Counted from the whole stretch's first letter, positions 1 to 13,180 are shown. The stretch is DNA of 55,416 nt, filler included, from Dimargaris cristalligena (GCA_003614675.1; 3 parts of 3 records of this genome joined end to end with filler, not necessarily neighbours in it), one strand, 5' to 3'. The notes: generated by a model from the letters alone, not told the origin. Numbers and translations: made by a program.

Positions 1-58
1 GTAGTTGCTTCATCCAATGGATATTTCGTTATACAGCCTAGTTGAATCTCTCCCATAT
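1..58 (-). mobile_element. MITE family copy 1 (left end only, cut by window edge)
   Basis: Reverse complement ATATGGGAGAGATTCAACTAGGCTGTATAACGAAATATCCATTGGATGAAGCAA aligns with the left end of the copy at 22870 (ATATGGGAGAGGTTCAACTGAGTTGCATAACGAATAATCCATTAGATGGAGCAA). Confidence 0.75.
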
Positions 59-664
59 CCCCTCCCCCCCTAGCCCATCAATACACATCAGTAATTATAC
101 TACACTAGTAATACTAACTACCTGGCCAGAATAGCTAAGAGTTGCTAAAAAATCAATCTCATAGCGTAGTTTAAAATGGTAAGATACACCTCTCTGAACT
201 GGATTAACGTACTGTGTTCCTAATAACTCGCTGTACCAATCTAGCAAGAGTAGATGATCTGACAAATAATGATTACAGACAATAGACAATATCAAGTCAA
301 TTCACGAGCAATACCATACAAAGGAACACGGATGGGAGGTATATTTCATTAATAACAGACAAAAACCATGGTAATTATGATTTTTTAAAAAAAGAAGTAA
401 AATTGAGATCGAGTCAATCAGTATGTAAAAAAGGTTAAAGGTGCCAATTGGGGAAAAAAGCAATAGCGGAGGGCAATTTACAATGCCTCTAAAAGGATAT
501 ATATATAGGTGTGTGTGTGTGCGTGCGTAAATACTCTCCACTATGATCGGCTACTTAACGCAGAAAAATTAATATTGGGACAAAGACCAACTCGCCTGGC
601 CACTTTATCCGGTGTAATAGGAAGCTACAAAAAAACAAATCGCGGTCCTCACAACCCCCTCCAC

Positions 665-3600
665 TTATTGTCCGTAATGAAGAGAAGTCTGCAGCAGATC
701 GGTTAATTTGCGCACCAGTCGATGAACAAAAACCAAAGACTCCCCTGACTCGGTAGAGGCAGCCACCGCCGTCCTACCGGCGGTCCCGTTCGACTGAGAG
801 GGCTTCTCCTGAGATGCCAGAGCCGCCAGTTCGGCCAAATAGGGCTGCAGAACGGTGAGAGCGTCTAGGCGCAGGGAAGCCTGCTGGTCAGCCGAAGGAG
901 GGGAAAGCTGGGCAAAAACCTCGAGGGTGGAGGAAGGGGCACCGTCACTACCGCTGCTTCCTCCGGGGCCGTTTCGGCCGGCGTAGGCGGACTGATACGC
1001 CGCTGTTTCATTGGAGGGCACCAGGTAATAAGCCAAATGACGCCACAGCAGGTACAGCGTATTTTCGATAATCTGGACAATGGTTTGGTGTCGAAGGTGG
1101 GTAGTCTTCAGCCGTTGGCGGATTTCGGCATCCGCTAGGGCCTGTCGCTGTGTGAGCGCCAGCCCATGCGAGTCGTCGGTGGGGATAAACGATCCGGCGG
1201 AGGAGGAGGACGCCGTGGTGATAGAGTTGGCCACAGTCGAGCTGGTCAGGATTTGTTGCACCTCTTCACTAGTCAAGCGGGACGGATCAGCACCCAATCG
1301 ATTTAACCAGGCCTGGTCCGTGGTCTGTTGTTGGAGGGCCCGGACACAGTGGGCTAGGATTACCACCAGAGTACCCAAAGAAGGGGTTTTGGCCGAGTAG
1401 GGGTGAAGCTGATTGCGGGAACTGGGGTATGACGAAGTTACCCCACGACCAAAAGAGTCGTCGCCATCCCGTACGGCCAGGGACCAGGTGAATTTAGGCC
1501 GAAAAACATTAGTACAACCACCACGGAGGTCTTCGTCGCCTCCGCCCCGGCGGAACCACATGGCTGCAGCCGATACCGAAGAGGACGATGGCAGTGGACC
1601 ATTGAAAGTCGCCGCAGCCGATAAATACAGCGCCAGTTCCAGTAGATTACGCAAAGTACGGAGGAGTAAATCCCCTCCCTGCCAGTCTAGGAGGGATTGG
1701 GTATGGCCTTCGGCACGGTAAACCATGGTCCGGGCGGCCTGGTTATCCCGTTCCGTCACCGGCTGTAATTGCGTGGTCCAGAATTCCGGATCGCGGTACC
1801 GGGCGAGGAGGGCCAAAATGGCCGGTTCAAACCCGAATAAGTCACGCTGACCACCGCCCTGTCCGGATAGGAAGGTGAGAGCCGATCCCTTGGCGGGAAT
1901 AGTAGCGGTGGCGGCAGCGGGATTCGGGTGTGGGTTAGAACGCGCTGGCATAGCCCGACTAAGGGCCAGTATGAATCCCGAGAGTAATTCGGACTGGCGA
2001 AGGAGAGTGGGAGTGACCGTCGAGTTAAATCCTACCAGGGCGGATTCGAGCACACGCCGGCGCCGGGTCAGATATAGGCCCACTTTGATGGCCAATGTAG
2101 CCCGGTCTTGGCCCGCCTTGACCACAAGAGCCAGAAGCACCTGCAGGATCAGAGTAAGGATATGCTGGTATCGCTCCAGGATTTGGATATGCCCTTCCTC
2201 CAGATCCTCTAGACGGGTGTGCTTCAGGTCGAGGTCCACCTGGGGTTGCAGATCCAGAATATCGCATTCGTCCAAAATCTCCAAAAGGCCATTTTCGACC
2301 AATTTCTCCACCCCGTCGCGTCGCTGGGCGATGCGCAAAAAGAGGTTCATTTTGCTTTCGAAAACGTACAGGGGGTTGAGTGATTCAGCGTCGACCTGCA
2401 GAGTCTGGGCCAAGCTAAGCTCGTCCCGTTTGAGCGCCGTAATCATGTGGCGGAGGTATGTGCGCTGGGTAAGCGCCTGGATCCATTTGTTCGGCTGACT
2501 AGGTTGGGCAAAGACCCGTACCAGTTGTTCAAGCAGGGAAAAGGCCACGGTACGCCACACATCAGGACCGTCAGTGGCATCCCGGGACACGATTTCTAGG
2601 AGCTGGTTGCCGTTAGATTGAAGGGTAGCTAGAAGGGAGGTTTCGAGGGCACCGGGTCCGGTCGAAGTAGAGCTACCGCCCGCACCAGCGATAGCAGCCG
2701 ACCAACCACCGGACGGAAGAGCAACCCCCGATCCAGAGGCAGGGGAAGCAGGGAGCAGTGTGATTAAAGCCTCATCAGCCCGCACGACGGCTCCGGAGTA
2801 CCGCAGGATACCAAGTAAAGCAACATACATGTTACCCCGTAACTGAAGTGACGAACCCGTCTCCAAGGCACAGGGTACCAAGCGTTCCCACAGGGCCGTG
2901 ACCCACTCCACCGGGAATTGGGCCTCGATGGGGTGGCGGGGGAAGTTAGCCATACCCAATCTGTCCTGGGCGTCTCGGAGCAGAGTGGCCGAGATGGAGG
3001 CCAACCGGGGACTCAAACCCTGGTTCAGTTTACTACACAGGGTGAGCACACCGCCACCCAAATGTTCCAGAATAGCCGGAGCATTGGCCTCGTCGGAGGT
3101 CAGGGCAAAGGCGAAGCGGGTAAGGAAGGTATCGAGTAAGTGGAACAGGAGGGTTTCGCACGGTTGGTAAGTAATGCCCGGCGAGGACGACTGAGACGGG
3201 GAAGCCCCGTGGTTGCCACTGAAAATGGACATTGACTGCCAGCCCATCGCACCCGAGACCTCGGTTGACCCATTACCGGGCCCAACTTGCTGGGTACGGC
3301 AAATATCACCGAGGCAGTCGAAACCAGTGGTTAGAGCCACGTCCATCAACTGCTGCCAAGCGCGGACGGCGTGGGTGTGGGCGTAGTTAAACCGTAGCTG
3401 TTGTGACTTGACAAACAGCACCCTGAGAATCCGGTTAATTTCCGCCTGGGCCAGATGGTGGTGACCGGGAGTAGTAATTCGGCCGCGGCGCTCCAGTTGG
3501 AACAACTCCGCCTGGAGCTGCAACTGCACTGCCTGGAGGTCATAAACGGGACAGCCCTCCTCATCCGGGCGGCAGAATGCCTCGGTATTGACATGGTCAA

Positions 3601-6600
3601 AATAGTCAAGGGACGACATTGCCGTAGTCCCACCGGGGGACGAGTTCTCCAACTGTTCAAAGACTTGGGTGAAGAACAGGGCACCTTGGTTCCACAGGCT
3701 GAAAAATTCGTAAAACCACCAGACCACAGTTACCGTGCGGGGATCCACGTTGTCGGGGGTGGCGCCACGGCGGGCCAATCGAGAGGCTATCGTATGGGAC
3801 CAGAAGGATTCCAAAAATGCGTCAGTCGCCGAGTTGGGGTGACTCTGGACCAGTCGCTGGTAGTCGAGGTAACCCCCGCTATCCCCATCATCAGAGGACT
3901 GGGCATAGGTTGATGACATGATGGCGGAATGGGGGCGGAACAGTAGTTCCATTAGCTGGCGGGCACGGGTCCGCTCATTCGCGATTGTAAGCAGTTGCAG
4001 CTCAAGCGCCATAGAATGGAGCATCCAGGCCCGTTGGTGCATGCAAGTGGTGGCCCGGGCCAAGGCAGTCCAACCCGCGGTTCCGCCAAGCACACCGTCG
4101 ATTCCTTCCTGTTCGATATCGAAGCGGGGAACGATTGGTTCCACAAAACGCCCTAAATAGCCGCGGTACAGGGCGAGCTGGCGAGGCCAGAAATCTTCCA
4201 TTTCCCGCAAGTATTTAATGACCGGTGGCCCGGTGAATGGGTCAAGGGTTAGGTTGTAGATGAGATGGAAGCAGCGGGTGGCAAATTCGGGGTGCCGTAC
4301 GAAAAGGTTCATTCCTTCGCTGCCCCCGCCCTCCCCATCAGAGTCACCGGCGGACTGGATGTCAAGGGTACCTTCCCGGAGAGCCTGGATAATAATGTGG
4401 AAGCAGGACATTTTCACGTAGCGCCGGCGACCCCCAAATCCACGGACAGCCATATTAGATGATCCAACAGTAGCGTTCGCTTGGGGACTTTCGAATTCGG
4501 TATCACGGATAGCCGCGGGAGAGGAGATATCAAACCCTAGAAGCCAATGGGCCAGGGATGGGCGACCCCGCTGAGGAGCCAGGTTGGCCAAGATCAGGTC
4601 GATAATGGCGAGGCGAATGGTGTTGGCGGTGACGGGAGCATCCCCCCCCACTGAACGCATCATTGGTGTCGGTAGGAGAAGAACCCAAGAAGCCCAATCC
4701 GGAACCGCTCCCATTGAACTTGCAATCACCAACCGACTCATCGTCCATCATTTCCGGTCCGTCAATTTCGAGCCGACCCAGATACCCAAACAGAATACGG
4801 AGAGACTCGTCGCTATGGTCGAATAAGGCGACTAGGCGGCTTTCCCCGGCCCCGCTGGGGGGCGCGGCCAAGGGCATGGATCCCGCCGCCCCGCGACGTA
4901 GAAGGTCAGTCAAGGGCTGGGAATGGGCAAGGAATACTGGGGACTGGGACAGCCGGTTCAGGATTTGAATGGACAGCAGACAGACCTCCTCGCTGGACCG
5001 ACAGTTGATGGACAGGGCAATCTGGACGATGGCCTGGTGCCGGAATAAGAGCAGCTGGTCGAGAGGAACCAGGCTACCGGGGAGCTGAAGAGCCACTGAG
5101 AAGCCGAGTTGGGCCTGGACCCAAGGAGTGCTGAGGAGCGGGAAGAGTTGCTGTAAAAAGATGGACTGGATATGCAGTAGGCGTCGGATGATTCGCAGAG
5201 TCAGTTGCACGGTGCGTACTGAACGGACGGGGGCGGAGTCCCGTGTCCTCATGGTCGCAGTGTTATTGATAGAGTCCACGGGGTGGCTAATAACCAACCC
5301 CAGCAACTCCTCCAGCAGTTGGGAACCCGACAGGAAACGTAGGACAATCTCAAACCCAGGGTGGAGTACCAGTCGGCGGAGCGTGTTACGCAGGCCCTCG
5401 GGTAGGGTGGGAGATTGGTTGGCTTTCCCACCGGCGGGGTCGCCGCCATTGCCAAAGACTCGCGCGAGCTCGTCCGTATCCCCGAGAATTTGGCTCGGTA
5501 GGCTCGCGACCGTAGGGTCCAGGAGAAAATCGGTCAAATCAAGAGTCTCCAGACAGCGCTCAATCAGTTCCAGACAGGCGTCGTGAAGGTAACCATTCTC
5601 CTCGGGGACCCGGTAGCCCCGCTGGTTAGCTTTGAGGAAAATATGGTCCAGGACCGCGGTCACGTAGGGCGAGATGCCCGGGAGTCGGTAAGGCGCGCCC
5701 AACTCGGTAGGAATAGTCGGTGATGCAACACCATAGTCCAGGGAGGAGATGTCGGAGGTACCCATCGTGATGATGGCGGAAGGGGTCTGCTGGGTCGAGC
5801 CTCCTCGAGTAGGCAACTGGATTAAGGATAGCAGTAATCGCACAAAAGCCAGTGACTCGGGATATACTTCCTTGGCCGCCTCAATTTCTTCGAGTTCGTA
5901 CAAAAGACCTGATACGGTTGGGCCGGTGAGGGGGTACCAAGGGCCCTTTGTCGAAGTGGCACCCATGGCTGGGAGGGTCGAAGCAAATAAATGCTGGCCC
6001 CCTGCTACTGCCAGTCCTGTCGTAGCCGAAGAGGATGCCAGCGGATTTTTCTGGTAATAGCGCTGTAATTCACCCAAGTCGCCGGTGGTGGGAATGGTCT
6101 GAGACATTTCCAAGAAATGCCACACCTGCTGGGCCATGTCGACCACAGCTAGCACTGCGTCGACCGAATCGACGGCAGCCATATGGGGGCTCGCGGCGGT
6201 ACGGAGAGGTGGGGCACAGAATGCCGCTAGGGTTTTGAGGATAGCCGCTTTAAGAATTATAGGCACCCGGCAGCCCAACAGGTCGAAGAGAGTGTACAAC
6301 ACCCGGTACTCGATGTGTTCGAAAAGGGCCAGGCGGACCACCGCCGAGTAAGCCACGGCTTGGCGGAGCAAACGTAGAAAGGCCAAAATCAAGGACACCT
6401 CGTCGGGGGGGGATTTCGGCCCCTGTCTGATCGCCGCCGGATCCTAGGGCCGCCGATACGGCGGGGACCTGTAGCGGGCCGGCCTGCCGCAAACGCTGGG
6501 CATAGAACTGCAGGGCGGCGAAGAGGGCTGACCAGGAGCATAGGCTAGTGGGTTGGGCGGCAGCAAAGGTGGGACGACCCAATCCACCCTGGGCGGACGC

Positions 6601-8508
6601 ACCGTGATTATCAAGGAATAGGTAGGTGAACTGGGCACACTGGGGACCGGTAGCAAGCGACCCTAGCATGTCAAAGTAGGCCCGAATCATGCCCGGCACC
6701 CGGCAGTCACTGGCCCACTTGAGAAACACGTGGAGGCGCTCATCGGTAGGATCAAGTCGGCCCCCGCCGTTTTCATCGTCAGCGGTCAGGAGGGGTTGGC
6801 CAGTGAGGGGTAGCTGAGCGGGGGAGAGGGCAATCCAGAAGCGAAGGCCCAGATCGGGAGCGTCAGCGTAAAGAGTGGCAACTAAGGTAAAGAGATCCTC
6901 AATATCGTGGGAGAGCTTGGGCAGGGGATGGGGCGTGGCGGGCTGTCGTAGCGGATACTGGTGGTAATTCGAATACTGGTGTTGCTGCTGTTGCTGGATT
7001 TGCAGCTGGGGCAGCTGCTGTTGGTGGAGGTAACTATCTTCTTCGCGATAGCGCATACGGCGCAGAATACTGGACATATTGGCAATCAACCCCGTAATAG
7101 TACGGCTCAGCTGTAGACTGATATGCTGCTGGAAGTCCGCATCCAGAAACAGGGCATTCTGAGAGAAAACAGGCGCGGCGGGGTCGGGGGAATCGTAGCG
7201 TTGGGGATCGATGGTCTTGAAAGACAGGCAGTATTCGGTGGCAAAGGGGAATGCGCCGAGCTGGATGGCACGTTCGACCCACTGCTCGATCCAATCCTCC
7301 CGTACCGACAGTTGGTTTTCGATGGCCGGGTAACGGTGCAGGCAGAGCAGCATATACTGGCTCCACTGGAGAATAACCAACCCCCGTAGCCCCTGCAAGT
7401 AGTGGGAGGTGGTGACCCATTTGGTATCGTCCTGCAGCATCTCACTGATATGGGTGATGACGCTGGCGTGGGCGCTCAGCTGGCCCTGGGTATCAGACAC
7501 TGCACTTTGCGTGACCGATCCGGGCGCGGTAAGGTCAATCGAAGCCAAAATGGTGATTAGCAAATACAGGGACACGGGGTCCTCGGCATCGGCCTCCTGG
7601 CGAACATGGTTGAGCAGGGCCAGTAGCTGCGGGGGCTGGACGGCCCGGAAGTAGCTGGTGAGGAAAAGGGCATTAGCTAGCACTAGACGACTCTGGGCCA
7701 CCTTATCGATGATCTCTTCCACGACCTTAAAGCCATACGGCATAGCCGATTGGATGGTTCGGGGCTGAGTACTGCTGCTAAGGGTGGCGGCCGGTTGGTT
7801 AGCCGAAGGAGCGGCTGTGGTCGGCAGGCATTTGACGTCCTCCTGGAGAGTCCGCCACTTGGTGATTTCGGCCTTCTGGGACCCCAACGCTGTCTGCCAC
7901 TGGGCTATATAGTCTTTGTACGAACGGTTACCCGAGGCGGAGGCTGAGGAGGCTGGACTGGTCGCCGCGGACTGAAGGACATACTCCATGAGGAACCAGT
8001 CGCACACCTGACGGAGGGGCTCGTTAAGCTGGGCATCCAACGCGATTTTGACAACGAATTCCAAACACAGGTAGTTATACAGGGATTCGGTATAATAGAG
8101 CAGAATCCCCGTTTCTACCGGGGGCCGTTCAAACCGAGCGCAGTGATCCAGGCCACATTGGATCAGGGTCGCGGCTAGGTATTCGTCGATATTCAAAAAG
8201 TCGGCCAACCGGAGAACTTCTTGGCAGAAGTCGGCGTTCAATTGATGCAAGACGCCGTTAATTTCGGCCACTTGGTCGGTTTCCACCCGCCGGCGATGCT
8301 CCGGGTTGCGCTTGGTCGCAGCGGGGAGGAATAAGGCGGGGGCCAGATGGGTTTGGAGCTCCGCCTGCAAATGCCTGACCAGGCTGAGGGAGGTTTCCTC
8401 AAGGGCGGGCTCACCGACTAGATCCTGGGGCAACGCGCATGCCTCGCTGAGAAGCTCGTACAGCGACTTAAATGTGTCGGGCTTCCAAGTCGGGGCAGTT
8501 GTGTCCAT
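665..8508 (-). CDS. NUP192: Nucleoporin Nup192/Nup205, intronless, interrupted by two +1 frameshifts (G8 at 6405-6412, C8 at 4642-4649); about 2613 aa if corrected
   Basis: Three overlapping ORFs (6250-8508, 4530-6398, 665-4741) carry successive Nup192/205-type motifs: 'LADFLNIDEYLAATL', 'LLYELEEIEAAKEVYPESLAFVRLL', 'IPTELGAPYRLPGISPYV', 'PSLAHWLLGF', 'LRGNMYVALL', 'YVFESKMNLFLRIAQ'. Removing one base from each homopolymer gives 7842 nt = 2614 codons with seamless joins (EIPP-DEVSLILAFLRLL; AFSGG-DAPVTANTIRLAII). Confidence 0.88.
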
Positions 8509-10111
8509 TAGAGAGAGAGGGCAGTGGAATTAAACCGGATAAAGAAGGTAAATAAACAGAAAAGGCACCTTCAGATCAAACGGATCAGAGAGGGTCGAAC
8601 AGTCGGGGGAAGGAAACAAAGCCGGATAGACACGGCTGGACGGATGGTAAAACTAAGGGAGGAGTATATAGGAATATCGGTGAACAAGAGGAGACTAGCC
8701 AGCATTAGGCTTTGGCCTGGAGAGTAAGAATAAAAGTGGGGAGGTAATGGCCAGAGGCTTGGAAGGGTCTTCTTAGTCCCGGGAATTAAGGCTGGTAGGG
8801 TAGGGTTAGAGCTAGCTAATACACGAACACCATCCCTAGATAGACCCCGCCGGGACTCAAACACCATTCGCCTTCGCCAATGAGGACGCTTCAGTCCAGC
8901 CAGGGCACGCTCATTTCCAGTGTGGGCTAAACGGACACTACTACTAACTACTACCACTACTGCTGCTGCTGCCTTTAAATCGGATTTTTCTAGTTAAATT
9001 TGTGTCCCAAGTCTTGCCACGATAGTGGGTGGGCGGGCTCTCTGGAACCCAATTTAATCAGCATGCTGTATAAATTAAGTTATACGAGTCCAAAAGTCTC
9101 GAATTGGGCCAGTTATATACAACACAACAGCACCTGGCTGAGTAAATAGAGGGCCTTTCATTAATAGGTAAGAAAGCATCCGTGGGTGGCTATTTCCTTC
9201 AAAATCCTGTCAAACGATGTCCAACTCCATCAATCAATATGCCAAACTGGCGTCTATACGACCCAAGAAGCAGTCTAGACAATATCAGCCAGTACAGTAA
9301 TTACATGGCTAAAACCTATTATAGCCTGCTGTGGGGTGGTGGAGAACGTGTGTTGAAAAGGAAAACCATTGAAGACTCAAAAGTATACACCAAAGGCGGC
9401 GGTACTACAGCCAGCTTAAAATAATTGAATACCAATGAAGTCGGATCCAGTGGGAGACTGTGGGCCTAGAATAACAGGACAGTAATTTAAATACTCAGCT
9501 ACTGCATTAGAAGCACTCTACAGAGACCGCTGCCCCTAGTTTATAGAAAGACGGGTACTTAGTTTATGACACGTATCAGAAGCCTTTGAAGTTCCTTGAT
9601 TTACACTGGTCTTCGTACTGTCCATTTTGGCGATTTGACACTCTCTTGTTCGAATTGATAAATTGGCAAAAAACGTACGCCAAAGCGCGTTTGCCCTCCT
9701 AAACGAGGTTATTAAGCCCCAGTGCAGTCCATATATAGTCTCGCTCAAGTGGGCCTTGGGTGGTTCTCACTACCTTGTCCGTCTTGAGTATATTTTTTTA
9801 TTGCAATAGTTTTTGGCTTTCCCATTCACAGCTCGATTTGTCACAAAACCGTATTCAAAGACGGCTTGTTCTTCGTCCATCTCAGTTTACCTCCATTTGC
9901 ACCAACAGCGCTGCCGTCACCGTCGCCACCGCCCCCTCGACTCTCGGCCACAGCCTTGTTTGGGTTCTTTCAAAATCTTCTCTATAGTCCCTCCTCCCCC
10001 CGCGCCCCCTCATAGACGCGCAATTGGCTTATCTACCTATTTTTCATAGAGCTCCCCCTCCCTTTCAAAAATTCAGTATTGATACCTCTATTAACTATTC
10101 CTTATTTAGCC

Positions 10112-13100
10112 ATGTCTCTGATCCACTATAAATTCAAAGCGTCTAAAAACTATTCGTCGGTGGTATTTGACGGATTGTCCATCTCTCTCTATGATCTCAA
10201 GCAGGAGGTACTAAAGGCCAATAAATTGGATCCCGAGAGCTTTGACGTTATCATTTCCAATGCCCAAACCGGTGAGGACTACACCGAAGACAATTCCTTA
10301 ATCTCCCGGAACACATCGGTATTCGTACGTCGTATCCCTGTAAAGCCCGGCCGGAGCGGTCTGGCCGGTAGCGGTGGCCATGGCCACGGACACGGTTCTA
10401 CAGGAGGGGGAGGTGGTGGAGGTCTCTCGTCTGGGTATGGCGGCGGACTTTCCGGCGGTGGTGGCCGCAACTATCCCCCGGTATCAGGCGCCCCTTCTGG
10501 CTACCCATCGAACCCAACCCCTACGGGAGGTGCCACTTCTTCGAATTGGAATGTCGGCTCGTCCATGTCGCAATTCGGTTCCTCTTCAATGCCATTAACC
10601 GAGGAGGAGGGGATCCAACGCATGTTCCAACAGTCGTCTCAGCAGTGGGAACAGCGGGCCGAAGAGTTGGCGACGAGCCACGCTAAACTTAACCGGTATC
10701 GGCCCCAGCCCCGCAATCCACTGGGCCCTGGAGGCGGCCAACAGGCTAACCGACCCCTTCCGCCCAACTACGTGTGCCACCGGTGCGGTCAAAAGGGTCA
10801 TTGGATCTTCAATTGCCCAACCAACGCGGAAAAGAATTTCGGACAACCCCGCATTAAGCGTACTACGGGGATTCCCAAAAGCTTCCTTCAAAAGATCGAC
10901 GCCCTGCCCGAGGACAAGGGCGCCATGGTCACTGAGGACGGAAGCCTAGTCGTGGCCCAGGCCAATGACGCGGCCTGGCAGAAGTTCCACAAGTCGTCGC
11001 AGCAAACCGTCGCAACCGATGCGGGTTTGGAGGGAATCACGGTTCCGGCCGATTTCAAATGCGCGTTATGCCAAGGGTTAATCAAGGAGGCGGTGCGCAC
11101 TCCGTGCTGCCAAACCGCCTATTGCGACGACTGCATTACAGGGGCCCTCCTGGACACCCACCCATCGTCCCATTTTACTTGCCCCCACTGTCGAAAGTCA
11201 GCGCTCGTGCCCGACCAGCTCATTCCTGACCCGGCGCTTCGCCAACGTATCGATCACCATATCCAACAGTGGGTGACTAACCAGTCCCAGACCCCTACCA
11301 CCTCGGATACGCCGCAGCCACCAACGCCCAGCTCTAAACTCGAGTCGGAAGCCGTAGCAACGGCCGAGTCTGAGTCGGCGGGGTCCAAAATGACTCACCC
11401 AACGGATGGGCCCAAACCGGTCCAAAACAACCGCCCACCGGATATGCGAGGCCCATCCATAGGAGCCGGTCCCCGGGATAATCGATTCCGTCCCTATGTC
11501 CCCCAGCCTCCCATGTACCCGCCAAACAACTCCTACCCTTACTTCCGCCCAGGCATGGGTGGTCCCCGCCCTCCCTACATGAACCCGCAGTACCCCATGA
11601 ATATGGGTATGAATATGAACATGAATATGGGCATGGGGATGGGGATGGGAATGGGGATGAACCCCATGAATATGCCCATGGGAATGATGCGACCCCTTGG
11701 TAATGGATACCCCAATCCTCAGCCCGGTCGAATGAATATGGGTATGCCCTACTACTCGCACCCGGGCAGTGCTGCTGGTAATGGTCAATGGAGAGGTCCC
11801 CAGAATAACCAGGCCTACCCTAACAACCCGAATCATAATACTGGCTACCCACACATGGTTGGCGGACATGGGCCCACAACCGACGCGTCTCCCCAGCCCT
11901 CCTATACGGGCGACACCGATGATGAGGATTACCCCGGGGATAACGGCCGCGTTCCCGACCAGCAAATGTATATTCATTCTCATAGCGAAGACCATGATCA
12001 TGGCAATGGGAACAGCTATGACTATGACCAGCGCTTAAACGACTATAATGACAACTATAACGATAATGCCAACCCCCAGGAATACATGGATGCCCCTTCT
12101 CGCCAGTCACCCAGTGACCGCCCTGGCCAATGTTCACGGTCACCGAGCCGAGGTCCCCCAACGTCAGATCGAACCGATCTTTATCGAGCTGGCTCTGACC
12201 GGGACTCCACGCCACTCGAGAATGGTAAGGCAAGCGTACCTCGTCGATCCGCATCACCAACCCGCCGGCCTTCCCCTGACCCGATACGCTCGTCACCTAT
12301 CCAAGAGAATCTACGTAGTCCGTACAGCACAAAATCTTTCCCAGCGGATAATGACCAACCCGCGGATAGCCACTTCTCGCCTGCATCCAGCGCCAATCAC
12401 GGTCGCAATCGACGAACAAGTACCAACGGCTCCCGATCCGGTAGGTCCTCCTCCCGCCGGCGCGAGCCTTCCATGACATCCGAGTCCCGTCGCTCTTCCC
12501 GCCGTTCAAGCCGTAGCCCGAGTCGGTATCAGTCCCGTCCAAAGCGATACGATAGTAACCATAGGGTGTCCAGTCCCAATCGGCGGACTAGCCGGCCACG
12601 GGATCGCCGGTCACCAGTCGACCGCCATCCCCGTTCCTACCACGACTCCGATCGGTCGTCCCGCCGTCGCGTAAGGTCTCCCTCCCCTGCGAAATCACGC
12701 CAACGGTCTCGGTCTCGGGATCGCCCCGATAGCCGCAGCCGTACTACCAGTTCCACTTACCCACGCGAGCGCCAACGCCGTAGGTCCCGCTCCCCTTCCC
12801 GTTCCCGCACCCGTCCATCTACCACGACAACCCAAAGCGAAGGAATCCGTATTGCCGGGAGTGGTCGTTCTCACAAAACTTCCGGGGCCCGACGCTCTCC
12901 TTCCCCATTACCAGCATCTTCATCTTACTCACGGGATCGGGCGACTTCACGAACTACTACAACAAGTCGGCGTCGTGCCGACGAGCAACAAGATCACCCC
13001 TACCGACGACCAAGCAGCCCCCGCCATCGTAATGCAAGTGGCCGGTCCAGTAGGGACCATGGCCCGGACAATCGATCATCCCGTAACCGCCAACGTAGCA

Positions 13101-13180
13101 ATGGTGATCATGAAGATAGGGATAAATCAACTTACGGAGAGCGACTAGTCGGCGCCGCTAGAAATAAGGGCCATAGATAG
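10112..13180 (+). CDS. MPE1: Mpe1/RBBP6-like cleavage and polyadenylation factor (DWNN ubiquitin-like domain, CCHC zinc knuckle, RING/U-box, long Pro/Met-rich and RS-rich tail)
   Basis: First ATG at 10112 gives 'MSLIHYKFKASKNYSSVVFDGLSISLYDLKQEV...LISRNTSVFVRRIP' (DWNN), then 'PPNYVCHRCGQKGHWIFNCPT', 'RIKRTTGIPKSFL' and RING-like 'CALC...TPCCQTAYCDDCI...CPHC'. Confidence 0.92.
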   Translation: MSLIHYKFKASKNYSSVVFDGLSISLYDLKQEVLKANKLDPESFDVIISNAQTGEDYTEDNSLISRNTSVFVRRIPVKPGRSGLAGSGGHGHGHGSTGGGGGGGLSSGYGGGLSGGGGRNYPPVSGAPSGYPSNPTPTGGATSSNWNVGSSMSQFGSSSMPLTEEEGIQRMFQQSSQQWEQRAEELATSHAKLNRYRPQPRNPLGPGGGQQANRPLPPNYVCHRCGQKGHWIFNCPTNAEKNFGQPRIKRTTGIPKSFLQKIDALPEDKGAMVTEDGSLVVAQANDAAWQKFHKSSQQTVATDAGLEGITVPADFKCALCQGLIKEAVRTPCCQTAYCDDCITGALLDTHPSSHFTCPHCRKSALVPDQLIPDPALRQRIDHHIQQWVTNQSQTPTTSDTPQPPTPSSKLESEAVATAESESAGSKMTHPTDGPKPVQNNRPPDMRGPSIGAGPRDNRFRPYVPQPPMYPPNNSYPYFRPGMGGPRPPYMNPQYPMNMGMNMNMNMGMGMGMGMGMNPMNMPMGMMRPLGNGYPNPQPGRMNMGMPYYSHPGSAAGNGQWRGPQNNQAYPNNPNHNTGYPHMVGGHGPTTDASPQPSYTGDTDDEDYPGDNGRVPDQQMYIHSHSEDHDHGNGNSYDYDQRLNDYNDNYNDNANPQEYMDAPSRQSPSDRPGQCSRSPSRGPPTSDRTDLYRAGSDRDSTPLENGKASVPRRSASPTRRPSPDPIRSSPIQENLRSPYSTKSFPADNDQPADSHFSPASSANHGRNRRTSTNGSRSGRSSSRRREPSMTSESRRSSRRSSRSPSRYQSRPKRYDSNHRVSSPNRRTSRPRDRRSPVDRHPRSYHDSDRSSRRRVRSPSPAKSRQRSRSRDRPDSRSRTTSSTYPRERQRRRSRSPSRSRTRPSTTTTQSEGIRIAGSGRSHKTSGARRSPSPLPASSSYSRDRATSRTTTTSRRRADEQQDHPYRRPSSPRHRNASGRSSRDHGPDNRSSRNRQRSNGDHEDRDKSTYGERLVGAARNKGHR

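Noticed and set aside
4530..6398. Treating the three Nup192 ORFs as separate genes or as intron-separated exons
   Set aside because: The junctions need no intron: single-base removal in each homopolymer gives a continuous conserved sequence.
11198..12001. 267-aa His-rich minus-strand ORF
   Set aside because: Antisense shadow of the Met-repeat region of MPE1.
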